From IMG/VR virus record IMGVR_UViG_3300029131_000181: a stretch of 64,000 bases of DNA; one strand, 5' to 3'. This DNA is from a virus. Positions within the stretch are counted from its first letter, which is position 1. Each line of letters opens with the position of its first letter. Shown piece by piece: positions 43,690 through 53,106 of this stretch. A model generated the notes under the pieces. That model was not told where the DNA came from, did no database searches, and worked only from the letters and a program-made list of their open reading frames with translations. A program made the position numbers and the translations under genes.

Positions 43690-45384
43690 TTACATCTCTG
43701 CGTTAAACAGGTTGCGGAGCTTGTAGGTGATATCCTCGCTGTTGCCGACGATAGCTGCCGCTTCGTTGATGGAAGCGAGCTCCGAAAGACTATCCGCTGC
43801 GTAGTTGTAGCTGATGGTGTAAATGGGGATATCCATACCGGCAATGATGTTCTTCGTATCGGAGAAGCCATATCCGGTATTGTTGTCACCGTCCGTGAGC
43901 ACAAAGATGATGGGCGTGCAATTCCCACCCAGTTCCTGAGATTTCTGGTAGATGCGGTCCATAGCAACGCAAAGACCGTTGTACATTGCGGTGCTGCCGT
44001 TCGCATCGAGGGAGTTCACGGCACCCTTATACAGAGTTTTCTGGGTCAGAGAGAACTGGTTAATGGGCAGGTATTCCCTGACATCTGAATCAAAGCCAAT
44101 GATGCCGATATAGTTGTCGTCATTGATATACTGGATGGTGTTTATCATCGCGGTTTTCAGGGCATTCAGGGGTTCGCCGCGCATCGAGCCGGAAGTATCG
44201 ACAACGAACTCTGCCACAATAGGAATGCCTGAGTCCTTCTCTTCTTTCCAGACACTCTGAGCCTGTGCGATGGTGTTGCCATCGTATGCCTTGCCTGTAT
44301 AAGCATAGTCGTCAAGACCATTGAATCCGTCCTTGGTCGCCTCTGCCTGGTTCTGAGCGCAGAAGGAAACGAAGGCAGCAATAACTTCCTTCTTCTCCGC
44401 AGAGACATTCCCGATGGAATACAGAGGATTATCGTGCCGTACACCGAACGGGATGAACTCGTAGTTGCGCTGTAAGGTCGGGTCATTCTGATAAGACTGA
44501 TACTCCATGACAACGCCGTCCACGATGCCCTTGTCTGCCGACTGGACCATCTGCTGGGTCGTGAAGGATACGAGAGGGACGTTCGCTTGAAATTTCTGGA
44601 AATTCTCAACAGCAGCCGTATCGACAATCGTATCGCTGCCGCTGCTCGCAAGAGCCTCAAGCAGAAAATTAAGACCCGTAGCACTTGTGTAGGGGTTCGA
44701 GTATCCCATCATGAGTTTGCCATCGATGGTTGCGTTCAGAACGGAAGAAACAGACGCTTCACCGTATTCAGAGCGAAGCATATCCCCTGTCTTCTTTGAT
44801 ACGAGAATACCCGCCACATTGCCGACCAGACGGTCAGCCTCAACGGTCAATTCTACGCCCTCGTTCTTCACCAGCTCGCCAAAGAGCGTATTTGAGGGGG
44901 TATAGCACTCGGGCTGATACTTTCCCGTCGAGATGTACTCAGCCGCCGTACCGGACGGAATGGAGCGCAGGGAGACACTCATAGTCTTGTCTCCGGAAGT
45001 CTTGTTGTGCTGGGCGTTGAACTTCTTTGCCATTTCGGTCAGGAAAGAATCTGAGCCGGACTCTGCTGCTTTCTCGCCAGAGGAAAAGATTTCGATGTTC
45101 ACATCTCCGTTTCCTACGACCACGAATGGGTAGGAGGATTCAATGTCGGGCAGTTCATCCTTTGCATCAAGGAATTCAGAGACATCCAGCTGCTGAGGAT
45201 TGACCTTGACCTCCTGCACGCCGATGCGCTTCATCTTGCTGCTCAAGTTGGCATATGCCTGCTCGGACGTCATTGTACTAATGCTGACGTTTGAGTCCCT
45301 CATCACCGTCATCGAAAATACTCCGAGAACAACGCCTACCACAGCAATGGTTGCAACCACAGGGAAAATGTTCTTTTTTGTCAC
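43690..45384 (-). CDS. membrane-anchored vWA-domain protein (TerY-like)
   Basis: N-terminal TM helix. C-terminal von Willebrand A domain with MIDAS DTSGSM and later LTDGDNN. Confidence 0.75.
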   Translation of the reverse strand: MTKKNIFPVVATIAVVGVVLGVFSMTVMRDSNVSISTMTSEQAYANLSSKMKRIGVQEVKVNPQQLDVSEFLDAKDELPDIESSYPFVVVGNGDVNIEIFSSGEKAAESGSDSFLTEMAKKFNAQHNKTSGDKTMSVSLRSIPSGTAAEYISTGKYQPECYTPSNTLFGELVKNEGVELTVEADRLVGNVAGILVSKKTGDMLRSEYGEASVSSVLNATIDGKLMMGYSNPYTSATGLNFLLEALASSGSDTIVDTAAVENFQKFQANVPLVSFTTQQMVQSADKGIVDGVVMEYQSYQNDPTLQRNYEFIPFGVRHDNPLYSIGNVSAEKKEVIAAFVSFCAQNQAEATKDGFNGLDDYAYTGKAYDGNTIAQAQSVWKEEKDSGIPIVAEFVVDTSGSMRGEPLNALKTAMINTIQYINDDNYIGIIGFDSDVREYLPINQFSLTQKTLYKGAVNSLDANGSTAMYNGLCVAMDRIYQKSQELGGNCTPIIFVLTDGDNNTGYGFSDTKNIIAGMDIPIYTISYNYAADSLSELASINEAAAIVGNSEDITYKLRNLFNAEM

Positions 45385-45385
45385 G

Positions 45386-46198
45386 TTAAATTTCTCCTTT
45401 CAAGTTGTTATATCGTTTCATAGCCTCACGACTGATATCTTCATCCTGTTCAATATCCTGCGTCGTCTTGTTAATGACAGCATCGAGCTTTGACATTGCG
45501 AGCACAACCTCTGTATCCCACGGATTCTGGGCAGAACGTTGGTTCAGAGCGTATGCTAAAGAATCCAATCGGAGGATTAAGCGCTCATTGTCATGAACTA
45601 CCTTATCCACGGTACTTACGATACCATTGTAGATTTCTTTCTTTTTCTGCGCTTCTTCTTTGTTTCCAAACGAGATAGAGCCTTGACAGAAAGCCTTGTA
45701 TTCCGTTTCATCAAACATTGAAGCCGAGCGAATCGCGTCATCCAGTCGGTCATAGAAGATACGTTCTGCGGATTCCAATAACGTTAGGCACTTGGCTTGT
45801 TCCCCGGATGTCTTGCTATCCTGGGTCATGCTGTAGGCAACGGCCATTTTTTGCCCGAAGCGCCGTACCTGATACAGCATTTGGTCAGCCTGCTCTGAGA
45901 AGACGCTTTTTGTCTTTACTGCCGTTTGAATTTTGTTGGTATACAGCTCTTCTTTGCTTGTAGGCCGTTCAGATGCAGCAGAAGCCGCAGCTTTCTGCTT
46001 TTTGAGAAAATTGCGATATGCAATGTAGGCGCAGAGCAGCAGGAACAGGACTGGCGTGCCATATTTCGCAAGGAGGATAAGGAACAGCGATGTTCCGTGC
46101 ATGTATTCGATAGTGTAATAGGTGCTGATATAGGTTTCGACCATGTAGACTATAGCCGCTGCTATGATAATCAAACTCACGCCGAGCATTAACTTCAC
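45386..46198 (-). CDS. membrane protein, XpaC-like (TelA/XpaC-associated family)
   Basis: Two N-terminal TM helices followed by a coiled-coil cytoplasmic domain. Its stop is 1 nt from the vWA start. Confidence 0.45.
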   Translation of the reverse strand: MKLMLGVSLIIIAAAIVYMVETYISTYYTIEYMHGTSLFLILLAKYGTPVLFLLLCAYIAYRNFLKKQKAAASAASERPTSKEELYTNKIQTAVKTKSVFSEQADQMLYQVRRFGQKMAVAYSMTQDSKTSGEQAKCLTLLESAERIFYDRLDDAIRSASMFDETEYKAFCQGSISFGNKEEAQKKKEIYNGIVSTVDKVVHDNERLILRLDSLAYALNQRSAQNPWDTEVVLAMSKLDAVINKTTQDIEQDEDISREAMKRYNNLKGEI

Positions 46199-46259
46199 CT
46201 CTCCGGTTTTACTCTATTTGCTATCAAGAGGGCTTGATACGAAGTATCTTTTGCTTCTA

Positions 46260-46288
46260 ATTATCTTCGATTCGCACGATTCAGCAAC
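46260..46288 (-). promoter_or_regulatory. promoter P11 with conserved spacer element
   Basis: Minus strand reads TTGCTG-aatcgtgcgaatcgaag-ATAATT. Confidence 0.45.
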
Positions 46289-46409
46289 AAAGCCTTAACA
46301 TGCAAAAAAGACAGTCACCCTAATTGGATGGCTACCATGAACTTTTCGTTTGCGTCACAACAGAAAAAAGGATGGCTCTTTCGAGTCACCCTCTTTTTAT
46401 TCGTTGTCT

Positions 46410-48053
46410 TTAATCTTTGGCCTTTTTGTCTTTCATGATAGCCTTCTCTTCTTCGGTCACATCCGGTCGAAAATGAGTGACTTCCTCACCGTTGAGACTC
46501 TTCTCATGAATTAGATAGCCGCCTTCTACGCGTTCCATAGCATTGACACCTCCTTCCTTTTCACTATTCACAGGCTGTTCGCCTTGATTCATGATGTTGA
46601 TGTTGCGGTCGGTCTTTGCCTGGATGCTGTTGGCACGGACAATTTCGCCCATGTCGATTCCGGTCGCTTCTTTCACCGTCTGCATGGTTTGAGCCATCAG
46701 GATAGGAACGTTCCCGGAAACGCCGGATACGCCGGAGGCGTCACCGCCAATGATAGAAACCTTATCAATGCTGGACAAAGGCTGAGCCACGCTTTTGGCA
46801 ATGTCAGGAAGAACCTTGATGAGCATTTCAGCCACAGCCGCATCGTTATACTGCTTATATGCCTCTGCTTTCTGTTTCATGGCTTCCGCTTCAGCCAAGC
46901 CTTTCTGACGAATCGCTTCAGCTTCTGCCTTACCGACAAGTTCAATGCCTTCTGCTTCCTGCTGCTTGGAGAACTTCTGTGCCTCAGCTGCACGTTCCGC
47001 CTCATATTTCTTGGCTTCTGCCTCTTTCTGGCGGCGGTACAGGTCAGCATCTGCCTGTTTGCGGACTTCCGCATCCAGTTTGCGCTGCTGGACCTCGGCT
47101 TCCTGTGCGGCAAGGTCTACCATTTTCTTCTGCTTGGCGATTTCAGCATCCGCTTCCGCTTCTTTGATTTCTTTGGCGCGGAGATTCATCTGAATCTGAC
47201 CGGCAGCATCTGCGTCAGCCGCAGCTTTATCAGCTTCAGCTTTCAGCTTTGCCTTGGCGAGCTGCAATTCATTGTTGCGTTTTGCAATCGCAGTCTGCGC
47301 TTCAACTTCCTTGGCATTTGCAGCCATCTCAGCATCGGCCTTCGCGCAGGCTACATCACGGGCAGCCTGAGCACGGGCAATTTCAGCCTGTTTTTTCACA
47401 AGCTCTTCCTGTTCAATGCCGATAGCCTCAATGACGCCGTGGTTGTGGCCCTGAACATCCACCGCATCCCTGATATCCTGGACGTTAAAAGTCACGACCT
47501 CAAGTCCCATCTTAGCAAGGTCGGGGCGAGCATTCTCGATAACGCTCACAGCCATCTGCTTGCGGTTCGTCAGAATTTGGTCGACGGTCATGTCAGAGAC
47601 AATCTCACGCAAATTGCCCTGCAGAACGTCATTAACTTTCTCATTGATGCCCTGCTCGTTCATGCCCAGAAAGTTCGAGATGGCTGCCTGTTGGCGGGAC
47701 ATGATGTACGCCTTGGCGTCTTTCAGACCGGATGCCTTCACTTCTTCATCCAGAACGGTAGAGTTTTCGCTGTAGACTTGAATCGTGACAACAGAGTCAA
47801 TCCAGAGACTTACGCCGTTCTTCGTCTTAACACCTGTTTCAGGAGTTTTGACGTCAATTTTCAGAAGGCGCATATTTAGCCGGTCAGCCCGCTGAAGAAC
47901 GGGCAGAACAAATGTACCTTTTCCGCAAACTACTTTAGGCTTAGACAGACCAAAGCCGGTCACAACGATAGCCTCCGTGGGCGGAGCTTTCTTGTAGCAG
48001 AGAAATCCAAAGAGAATAATCAGGGCTGCCACAATCGCAATCACATATACCAT
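46410..48053 (-). CDS. flotillin / SPFH (band-7) family membrane protein
   Basis: N-terminal TM, SPFH domain, and a long Ala/Glu/Lys-rich coiled coil (EAEAKKYEAERAAEAQKF...) typical of FloT/YuaG. Confidence 0.8.
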   Translation of the reverse strand: MVYVIAIVAALIILFGFLCYKKAPPTEAIVVTGFGLSKPKVVCGKGTFVLPVLQRADRLNMRLLKIDVKTPETGVKTKNGVSLWIDSVVTIQVYSENSTVLDEEVKASGLKDAKAYIMSRQQAAISNFLGMNEQGINEKVNDVLQGNLREIVSDMTVDQILTNRKQMAVSVIENARPDLAKMGLEVVTFNVQDIRDAVDVQGHNHGVIEAIGIEQEELVKKQAEIARAQAARDVACAKADAEMAANAKEVEAQTAIAKRNNELQLAKAKLKAEADKAAADADAAGQIQMNLRAKEIKEAEADAEIAKQKKMVDLAAQEAEVQQRKLDAEVRKQADADLYRRQKEAEAKKYEAERAAEAQKFSKQQEAEGIELVGKAEAEAIRQKGLAEAEAMKQKAEAYKQYNDAAVAEMLIKVLPDIAKSVAQPLSSIDKVSIIGGDASGVSGVSGNVPILMAQTMQTVKEATGIDMGEIVRANSIQAKTDRNINIMNQGEQPVNSEKEGGVNAMERVEGGYLIHEKSLNGEEVTHFRPDVTEEEKAIMKDKKAKD

Positions 48054-48146
48054 AATTTTTGTTTCTCCACATTCAGTTTTTTAGCTGCTAAGATTCTCAT
48101 CCCTACTGCATCGGTATCGCCCCATCTCACAATCGCTCTGTCTTTA

Positions 48147-48174
48147 ATTGTCTGCAATTCGCACGATTCCGCAA
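48147..48174 (-). promoter_or_regulatory. promoter P12 with conserved spacer element
   Basis: Minus strand reads TTGCGG-aatcgtgcgaattgcag-ACAATT. Confidence 0.45.
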
Positions 48175-48210
48175 TAAACAAAACCCACAGGTGAGAGAAT
48201 GACCTGTGGG
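48173..48210 (-). terminator. intrinsic terminator about 100 nt downstream of promoter P13
   Basis: CCCACAGGT-cattctctc-ACCTGTGGG perfect 9 bp stem plus U-run. Confidence 0.55.
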
Positions 48211-48306
48211 CTTCGAAAAGAGGTAATTATGCGCAAGCAGACACGGCATCGATTCGTGGCGACCAACTACAATCACTACAAATGTCTCTTGCCGTTTCTC
48301 TTGTAC
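48185..48306 (-). ncRNA. candidate ~120 nt small RNA (promoter P13 to terminator)
   Basis: Bounded by a consensus promoter and a strong terminator. No credible ORF. The listed 78 aa ORF spans both promoters. Confidence 0.3.
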
Positions 48307-48313
48307 AATTCTT

Positions 48314-48341
48314 ATTGTACGAAGTTCGCACAGCAGCGCAA
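48314..48341 (-). promoter_or_regulatory. promoter P13 with conserved spacer element
   Basis: Minus strand reads TTGCGC-tgctgtgcgaacttcg-TACAAT. Confidence 0.5.
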
Positions 48342-48374
48342 GAGCAAATTTGCTTGGTTCCAAATATTTTCAAG

Positions 48375-48415
48375 TTGCAAAATTAGCTAACTTTGTGTAT
48401 AATATAATTAGCTAA
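48375..48415 (+). promoter_or_regulatory. TA-operon promoter with flanking direct-repeat operator
   Basis: TTGCAA-N17-TATAAT. AATTAGCTAA occurs twice (48381-48390 and 48406-48415), bracketing the -10. Confidence 0.55.
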
Positions 48416-48430
48416 AAGGAGGTGTCAGTT

Positions 48431-48673
48431 ATGATTACTGCTACTGCAACCGCAACTGAAATGCAGAATAATTTTGGAAGATACTTGAATCTCGTTATGT
48501 CTGGTCAGGAAATAATCGTAACAAAAAACGGCCGTGAAGTGGGTCGTTTCATTCCCAAAGATGCTGCCGTTTCCTATCTCACAGATTCCCTCACCGGCAT
48601 CCTTAAAGGAAATTACAACCTTGACGAAGTGAAAGAGGAAAGGCTGAGAGAAAAGTATGACCTTACTGATTGA
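48431..48673 (+). CDS. Phd/YefM-family antitoxin
   Basis: 80 aa. N-terminal TEMQNNFGRYLNLVMSGQEIIVTKNGREVGRFI matches the YefM/Phd fold. AAAGGAGG RBS 9 nt before ATG 48431. Confidence 0.7.
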   Translation: MITATATATEMQNNFGRYLNLVMSGQEIIVTKNGREVGRFIPKDAAVSYLTDSLTGILKGNYNLDEVKEERLREKYDLTD

Positions 48674-49064
48674 CGCTAACATCGTATTGGATGTATTGCA
48701 AAACCGAGAAAACTTTGTGAAGGAATCCGCGATGATATGGAAGCTATGCGAAACAGAGCAAGCAAAAGGCTATATTTCCACGCTATCCTTCGCAAATATT
48801 ATGTATATTCTCCGAAAAGAACTCACTTCCGATAAAATCGAAGAAGTATATCACAAACTGTGTTTGATTTTTGAATTTGCTGATTTCAGTTCTTCTATTC
48901 TTTCAAAAGCTGTTGAAATGAACTGGAAGGATTTTGAAGATGCAGTTCAAAGTGCTACTGCAGAACAAATTCATGCCGATTATATTATTACAAGAAACGT
49001 TCGTGATTTCACAAGAAGCAAAGTAGTCGCATTTACTCCGACAGAACTTCTAATGAGAATCTGA
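48657..49064 (+). CDS. PIN-domain (VapC-like) toxin
   Basis: LLIDANIVLD N-terminal acidic motif and further conserved Asp residues. 17 nt overlap with the antitoxin gene. Confidence 0.7.
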   Translation: MTLLIDANIVLDVLQNRENFVKESAMIWKLCETEQAKGYISTLSFANIMYILRKELTSDKIEEVYHKLCLIFEFADFSSSILSKAVEMNWKDFEDAVQSATAEQIHADYIITRNVRDFTRSKVVAFTPTELLMRI

Positions 49065-49236
49065 CGTTCGAGCCTCACGCGACCCCCTTAGAAAGTGTTG
49101 CGTATCCGGACGCGCAGGTCGTTAACGCCAACACATTGCAAAAGTAAAGCATTCATGAACGATTTTGCGATTTAGCCCTGTAATCACCAAAATATGGTAT
49201 AATGCATTTGTAAAGAAATGTAGAAAGAAAAGAATT

Positions 49237-50634
49237 ATGACAATCGGAGATATCCTGATACAAATAAATCAAGCAAATCTCGACACGATGCTTCCCCTTA
49301 CAGCAGTGAAAACAAGCGCAGATATCGAACGGTACTACAAAGAAGGCTACAGTGTCGGCATAACGGCCGACGAATTTGCTAAGAAGTATCCGAGGCTTCC
49401 TGTCGCCAGAATCTATGCTACGCACAATATGCTTGCTCCTCTTTATTATTGCGAGCTCGATAGCACGACCGTTCCCATTGTTCTCTCTCTGAACATTTAC
49501 GGGGACAAGCGTCTGGCTGTGAACGGCGAATCGGACGAAAAGTTTCAGCAGAGAGTTCTGGATATGGCCGAGAAAATCTCATCGGGAAACGCCCCCTTCA
49601 TTCGCAGCTACCTCTTTTCCCTGGAAAACAGCCTTCGTGTGTCTGTTCTTTCCAGGTACATTGAGTTGTCTAACCCTGACGAGGACCTGTACTCACTCTT
49701 TCTGGACCTTTATCGTACCAGCGACTTTGGCTTCTCTGCTCTCAAGGAGGATGACCTCCAAAAAGTCTTTGCCGAAAAATCTCAGAAACAAAAGCAGGAT
49801 ACTATAAAGAGGCTATCCAGCCTGCCGGATACCGTGACTGTTTATCGTGGGGAAGGCAGCAAGTCTACTACATACAAAAAGTCCTTTTCCTGGACCACGA
49901 GCTACAAGGCAGCCTGTTTCTTCGCCTGCCGCATTCCGAGTCTCGAGAACAGCAGAATCATCACTGCCCATATCAACAAAAGTGATATTATCGAGTATTT
50001 TCCGGACGATGAGGAAAAAGAGGTCCTTGTCCCCACGGCTGCCGTAAAAGATGTAAAGGTCGATGTGCTTCTCGGTATCAACGCTCTGACAGACGAAATC
50101 CAGGCGTTCTACCCTCTCTACCAGCACTACCGGAGCCGCATTTCCACTCTGTATGATGCTTATGGCCGGGCTAATGATGAGGAGCACGACGCCGAGCATA
50201 CGCTGCGAGTTCTCTTTGATGCGCTGCTTTTGGTTCAGGTTCAGGGCATTGCCTTAACAAGAAAAGAATCCCACCAGCTATGTGATGCGATTCTTTACCA
50301 TGATATTGGGCGGACAAACGATGATGTCGATGACAGCCACGGAGCAAAGTCTAGGGACATTTATTATGACACAGTCTCCGACTGCAATCCGGCAACTGCT
50401 TTCCTCATCGAGTATCATTGCTTGGATGACCGCAAGGCTCTTGCAGACCTCAAAACATCCAATATTCGAAACAAAGAACGGGTGTGGCTGCTATATACGA
50501 TTCTCAAGGATGCAGATGCTTTAGACCGTGTGCGGTTCGGGATGCGGGCCGTGGACCCTAAGTATTTCCGCAACGAGATAACCCACAAACTACTGCCCAC
50601 TGCGCAGAGCTGTGTAGGGCAGCTGAAACTATGA
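49237..50634 (+). CDS. HD-domain phosphohydrolase with ~330 aa N-terminal domain of unknown function (weak R-S-E ADP-ribosyltransferase-like signature)
   Basis: C-terminal HD motifs (EHTL...LYHDIGR...DHGAKS...LKDADALDR). N-terminal VTVYRGEG...SFSWTTS...EEKEVLVP loosely resembles Arg / STS / ExE ART motifs but with atypical spacing. Start moved to ATG 49237. Upstream extended -10 TGGTATAAT at 49195-49203. Confidence 0.6.
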   Translation: MTIGDILIQINQANLDTMLPLTAVKTSADIERYYKEGYSVGITADEFAKKYPRLPVARIYATHNMLAPLYYCELDSTTVPIVLSLNIYGDKRLAVNGESDEKFQQRVLDMAEKISSGNAPFIRSYLFSLENSLRVSVLSRYIELSNPDEDLYSLFLDLYRTSDFGFSALKEDDLQKVFAEKSQKQKQDTIKRLSSLPDTVTVYRGEGSKSTTYKKSFSWTTSYKAACFFACRIPSLENSRIITAHINKSDIIEYFPDDEEKEVLVPTAAVKDVKVDVLLGINALTDEIQAFYPLYQHYRSRISTLYDAYGRANDEEHDAEHTLRVLFDALLLVQVQGIALTRKESHQLCDAILYHDIGRTNDDVDDSHGAKSRDIYYDTVSDCNPATAFLIEYHCLDDRKALADLKTSNIRNKERVWLLYTILKDADALDRVRFGMRAVDPKYFRNEITHKLLPTAQSCVGQLKL

Positions 50635-50644
50635 GGAGGATACT

Positions 50645-52174
50645 GTGCAGAACGAAAATGGTGTTTTGGCAGTGCAGGAAGATTTCGGTAATGCCTTAGT
50701 CGATAAATACGCACCGGTATGGGATAAGAAGTATCGGAGCAAAGGCGAGTCTATCTGGGTATTTCAGAGAAGAACCCTGTCCAGCGCTTGCCAGGTTGCG
50801 ACGACATTGCATGACATAGATTTTGGGAAAGCATCTACTTTCCTCTTTCACCTGGCCCGTGGAGCTGAGGAGTGCAAACCCATCATTGATGCCGTCAGCT
50901 CTCAGGTAGAGCTTGCCATGGCAAACCCCGACAAGTTCATTAAAGGCTATCATCAGTTTTTGCAGGGGCTCACAAAGCCCATCAAGAAGAATAAGGACTA
51001 TGCTCTGTATTTCAAGGCTATTGCTTATGCGCAGGAATGTGTTTATTCAGGATTATCCATTGACGGAGTTATGGAACGTAATGATTCTGTCCTGTACGCG
51101 GTAATCGATATGCTGATGCAGGGGAGCGAATACCTCAAGCCTCAGGAATTCGATATTGTGAACAACATTGTCGGTATCTCAACTGAGAACGAGCCAATCA
51201 TCATCCGGGACCCCTATCCCCTCGCCGATGTTCCTGTCTATTATAGTGATGCTCTTTTCAACAATCGGCCATACGACAAATGTGAATCTCAGATTTCTGA
51301 AGACAGACGCTTGGATATGGTCTTTTCGTACTATAAGCGTTATGGTTATGAGGACGTTGCCGACTTCGACAGCATCAACAACCTCGCTTTGCTCTCACAT
51401 CTGTATACGAACACAGTCCTTTCGATGGCTACCTATGTGAACGAGTATACCGTGGACATGCTGCCGGACAAGCCGCTGATTGAGAATACTCCGAACATGT
51501 GGTCCTGGTGGCCAAAGCCCATCTCACCAAAATATACGACAGAGTTTCTGAAAGATACGCTGCACCATCGCCGCAGAACTCTTCCCGCCAACGGTGCATT
51601 GTTTCAGTTTGATGCCTGCCAACTGATACAGGAAATTAAGCTGAAAGAGACTTGCCGCGACAACGAGATTGTGTGTCTGTATAAAATCGTAACCAAGTTC
51701 GGTGACCTGGCCGGATACTATAACACAAGCACCGAGTGGTTTTATATTTTGACTGACCGAGCTCAATTTCCAGAGCTGGTTGACAGCGTCACGAATCTGA
51801 TTCTCTGGCTGTACACTTCTCTCGTCTGTGATTTGCCGGATGTCCTGCCCACTGATGCGTCGTTCCGGTCTTCGTTTGTGACACACGCGGATACTCCATT
51901 CGGGATTCGTTGTCTGATGATTGGCGGCAAGCCCCGCGATTATCGCAAGAAAGACAATGAAGACGATGAGCCGCTGCGAGTGTTCGACAAGTCCAAGTAT
52001 GATGCTTCGTCCAAGAACATCAATGGTTTTATTCGTCGCCTGCCTGCCGGGCAGAAAGCGAGTGAACGTGCTACCATGATAGCTGAAAGCTATGGCTATG
52101 AGCTGAAGAGTGATGAAACCTATGTAACGCCGTTCGTTAGAAGGCAGTGGCTGAAAAAGAAAACTGAAGAATAA
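50645..52174 (+). CDS. hypothetical protein (509 aa), translationally coupled to the HD protein
   Basis: GAGGAGG RBS overlapping the upstream stop. GTG start at 50645 (alternative ATG 50658). Confidence 0.55.
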   Translation: MQNENGVLAVQEDFGNALVDKYAPVWDKKYRSKGESIWVFQRRTLSSACQVATTLHDIDFGKASTFLFHLARGAEECKPIIDAVSSQVELAMANPDKFIKGYHQFLQGLTKPIKKNKDYALYFKAIAYAQECVYSGLSIDGVMERNDSVLYAVIDMLMQGSEYLKPQEFDIVNNIVGISTENEPIIIRDPYPLADVPVYYSDALFNNRPYDKCESQISEDRRLDMVFSYYKRYGYEDVADFDSINNLALLSHLYTNTVLSMATYVNEYTVDMLPDKPLIENTPNMWSWWPKPISPKYTTEFLKDTLHHRRRTLPANGALFQFDACQLIQEIKLKETCRDNEIVCLYKIVTKFGDLAGYYNTSTEWFYILTDRAQFPELVDSVTNLILWLYTSLVCDLPDVLPTDASFRSSFVTHADTPFGIRCLMIGGKPRDYRKKDNEDDEPLRVFDKSKYDASSKNINGFIRRLPAGQKASERATMIAESYGYELKSDETYVTPFVRRQWLKKKTEE

Positions 52175-52320
52175 ACACGAAAGCGCCCACCGAAGATGGT
52201 GAGCGCTTTAATTTTTCCGTTCCAGAAAAATTTTCCCAAAAATACTAAAAGTTTTTTGAACTCAGAAAAGTTTTGCTGTTTTCCCAAGATTTTTTTTGGT
52301 TTTGGAAAATTATGCGGCTA

Positions 52321-52998
52321 TCATTGGGGATTCACTATCGGCGTTGCTGTTCTTGCTTGTGGGTCAATGGAATAAGTGGCGTCAATGCATACCGTATTGC
52401 TCCCTGTGTCTTTTCTCACAAAAACTGGCATTACAATTTCTGTGATGGATGTTGGGTCATTGCCATTCTCTGCATAGGTTTCGGCATATTCCTGCCAACG
52501 GATATCCACGTAGGCATTAGAATGTGGTTCCAGCAATGTTGTTCCTCCCGGGGTACACTCAAAGCCATTGATGGAGCCTTTATCCAGAATGACATCGATA
52601 CGGTCGTTGGTTTTGTTTTCGTAGTAGGCTTTTGCCGTATAGCCCATGAAACTATCAGAATAAAATCCGCAAACGACCATGCTGCAGGCATTATTGTCGA
52701 ACAGCACAATATCCGTGGGCTGAATCTCGTGTTTTGGTTCTGTCGCGTTCTCTTCACCTTTCGGATAAATCACAAAGTCATCATCGACAGGGTCATCACG
52801 ATTCGACACATCCCATTCTGCTTCATCATAGACATCGATGTGAAGTTTGACGGTATCGATGTCTTGCGGTTTCACTCCATAGATTTCCAGTCCTGCTTTA
52901 TCCCACGAAACGACCTCGGTGGTTTTCACTCCTGGTCCAATTTCCGGGAACCAACTGGTATCTGCCGGGATTCCATAAAATTTGTGCGTAGGGCACAC
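52321..52998 (-). pseudogene. lipoprotein gene, 3' portion (split by the IscB element)
   Basis: About 60% identical to the C-terminal 225 aa of the intact paralogue 55365..56444 (for example YPKGEENATEPKHEIQPTD; GSINGFECTPG). Lacks signal peptide and start context. Confidence 0.6.
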
Positions 52999-53106
52999 CG
53001 TCTACAGTCGTTTGCGACTTAGGCGGTGAGGAATGCGCTAACCAAGATTTGATTTGAGGTAAACTTAGTTAACGCAAATACCCTGCTACTCCTTTCTTTG
53101 AATGAT

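Noticed and set aside
49237-50634. Confident assignment of an ADP-ribosyltransferase domain to the N-terminus of the HD protein.
   Set aside because: The Arg to STS spacing (about 18 aa) is much shorter than in characterised R-S-E ARTs. It is kept only as a low-confidence remark.
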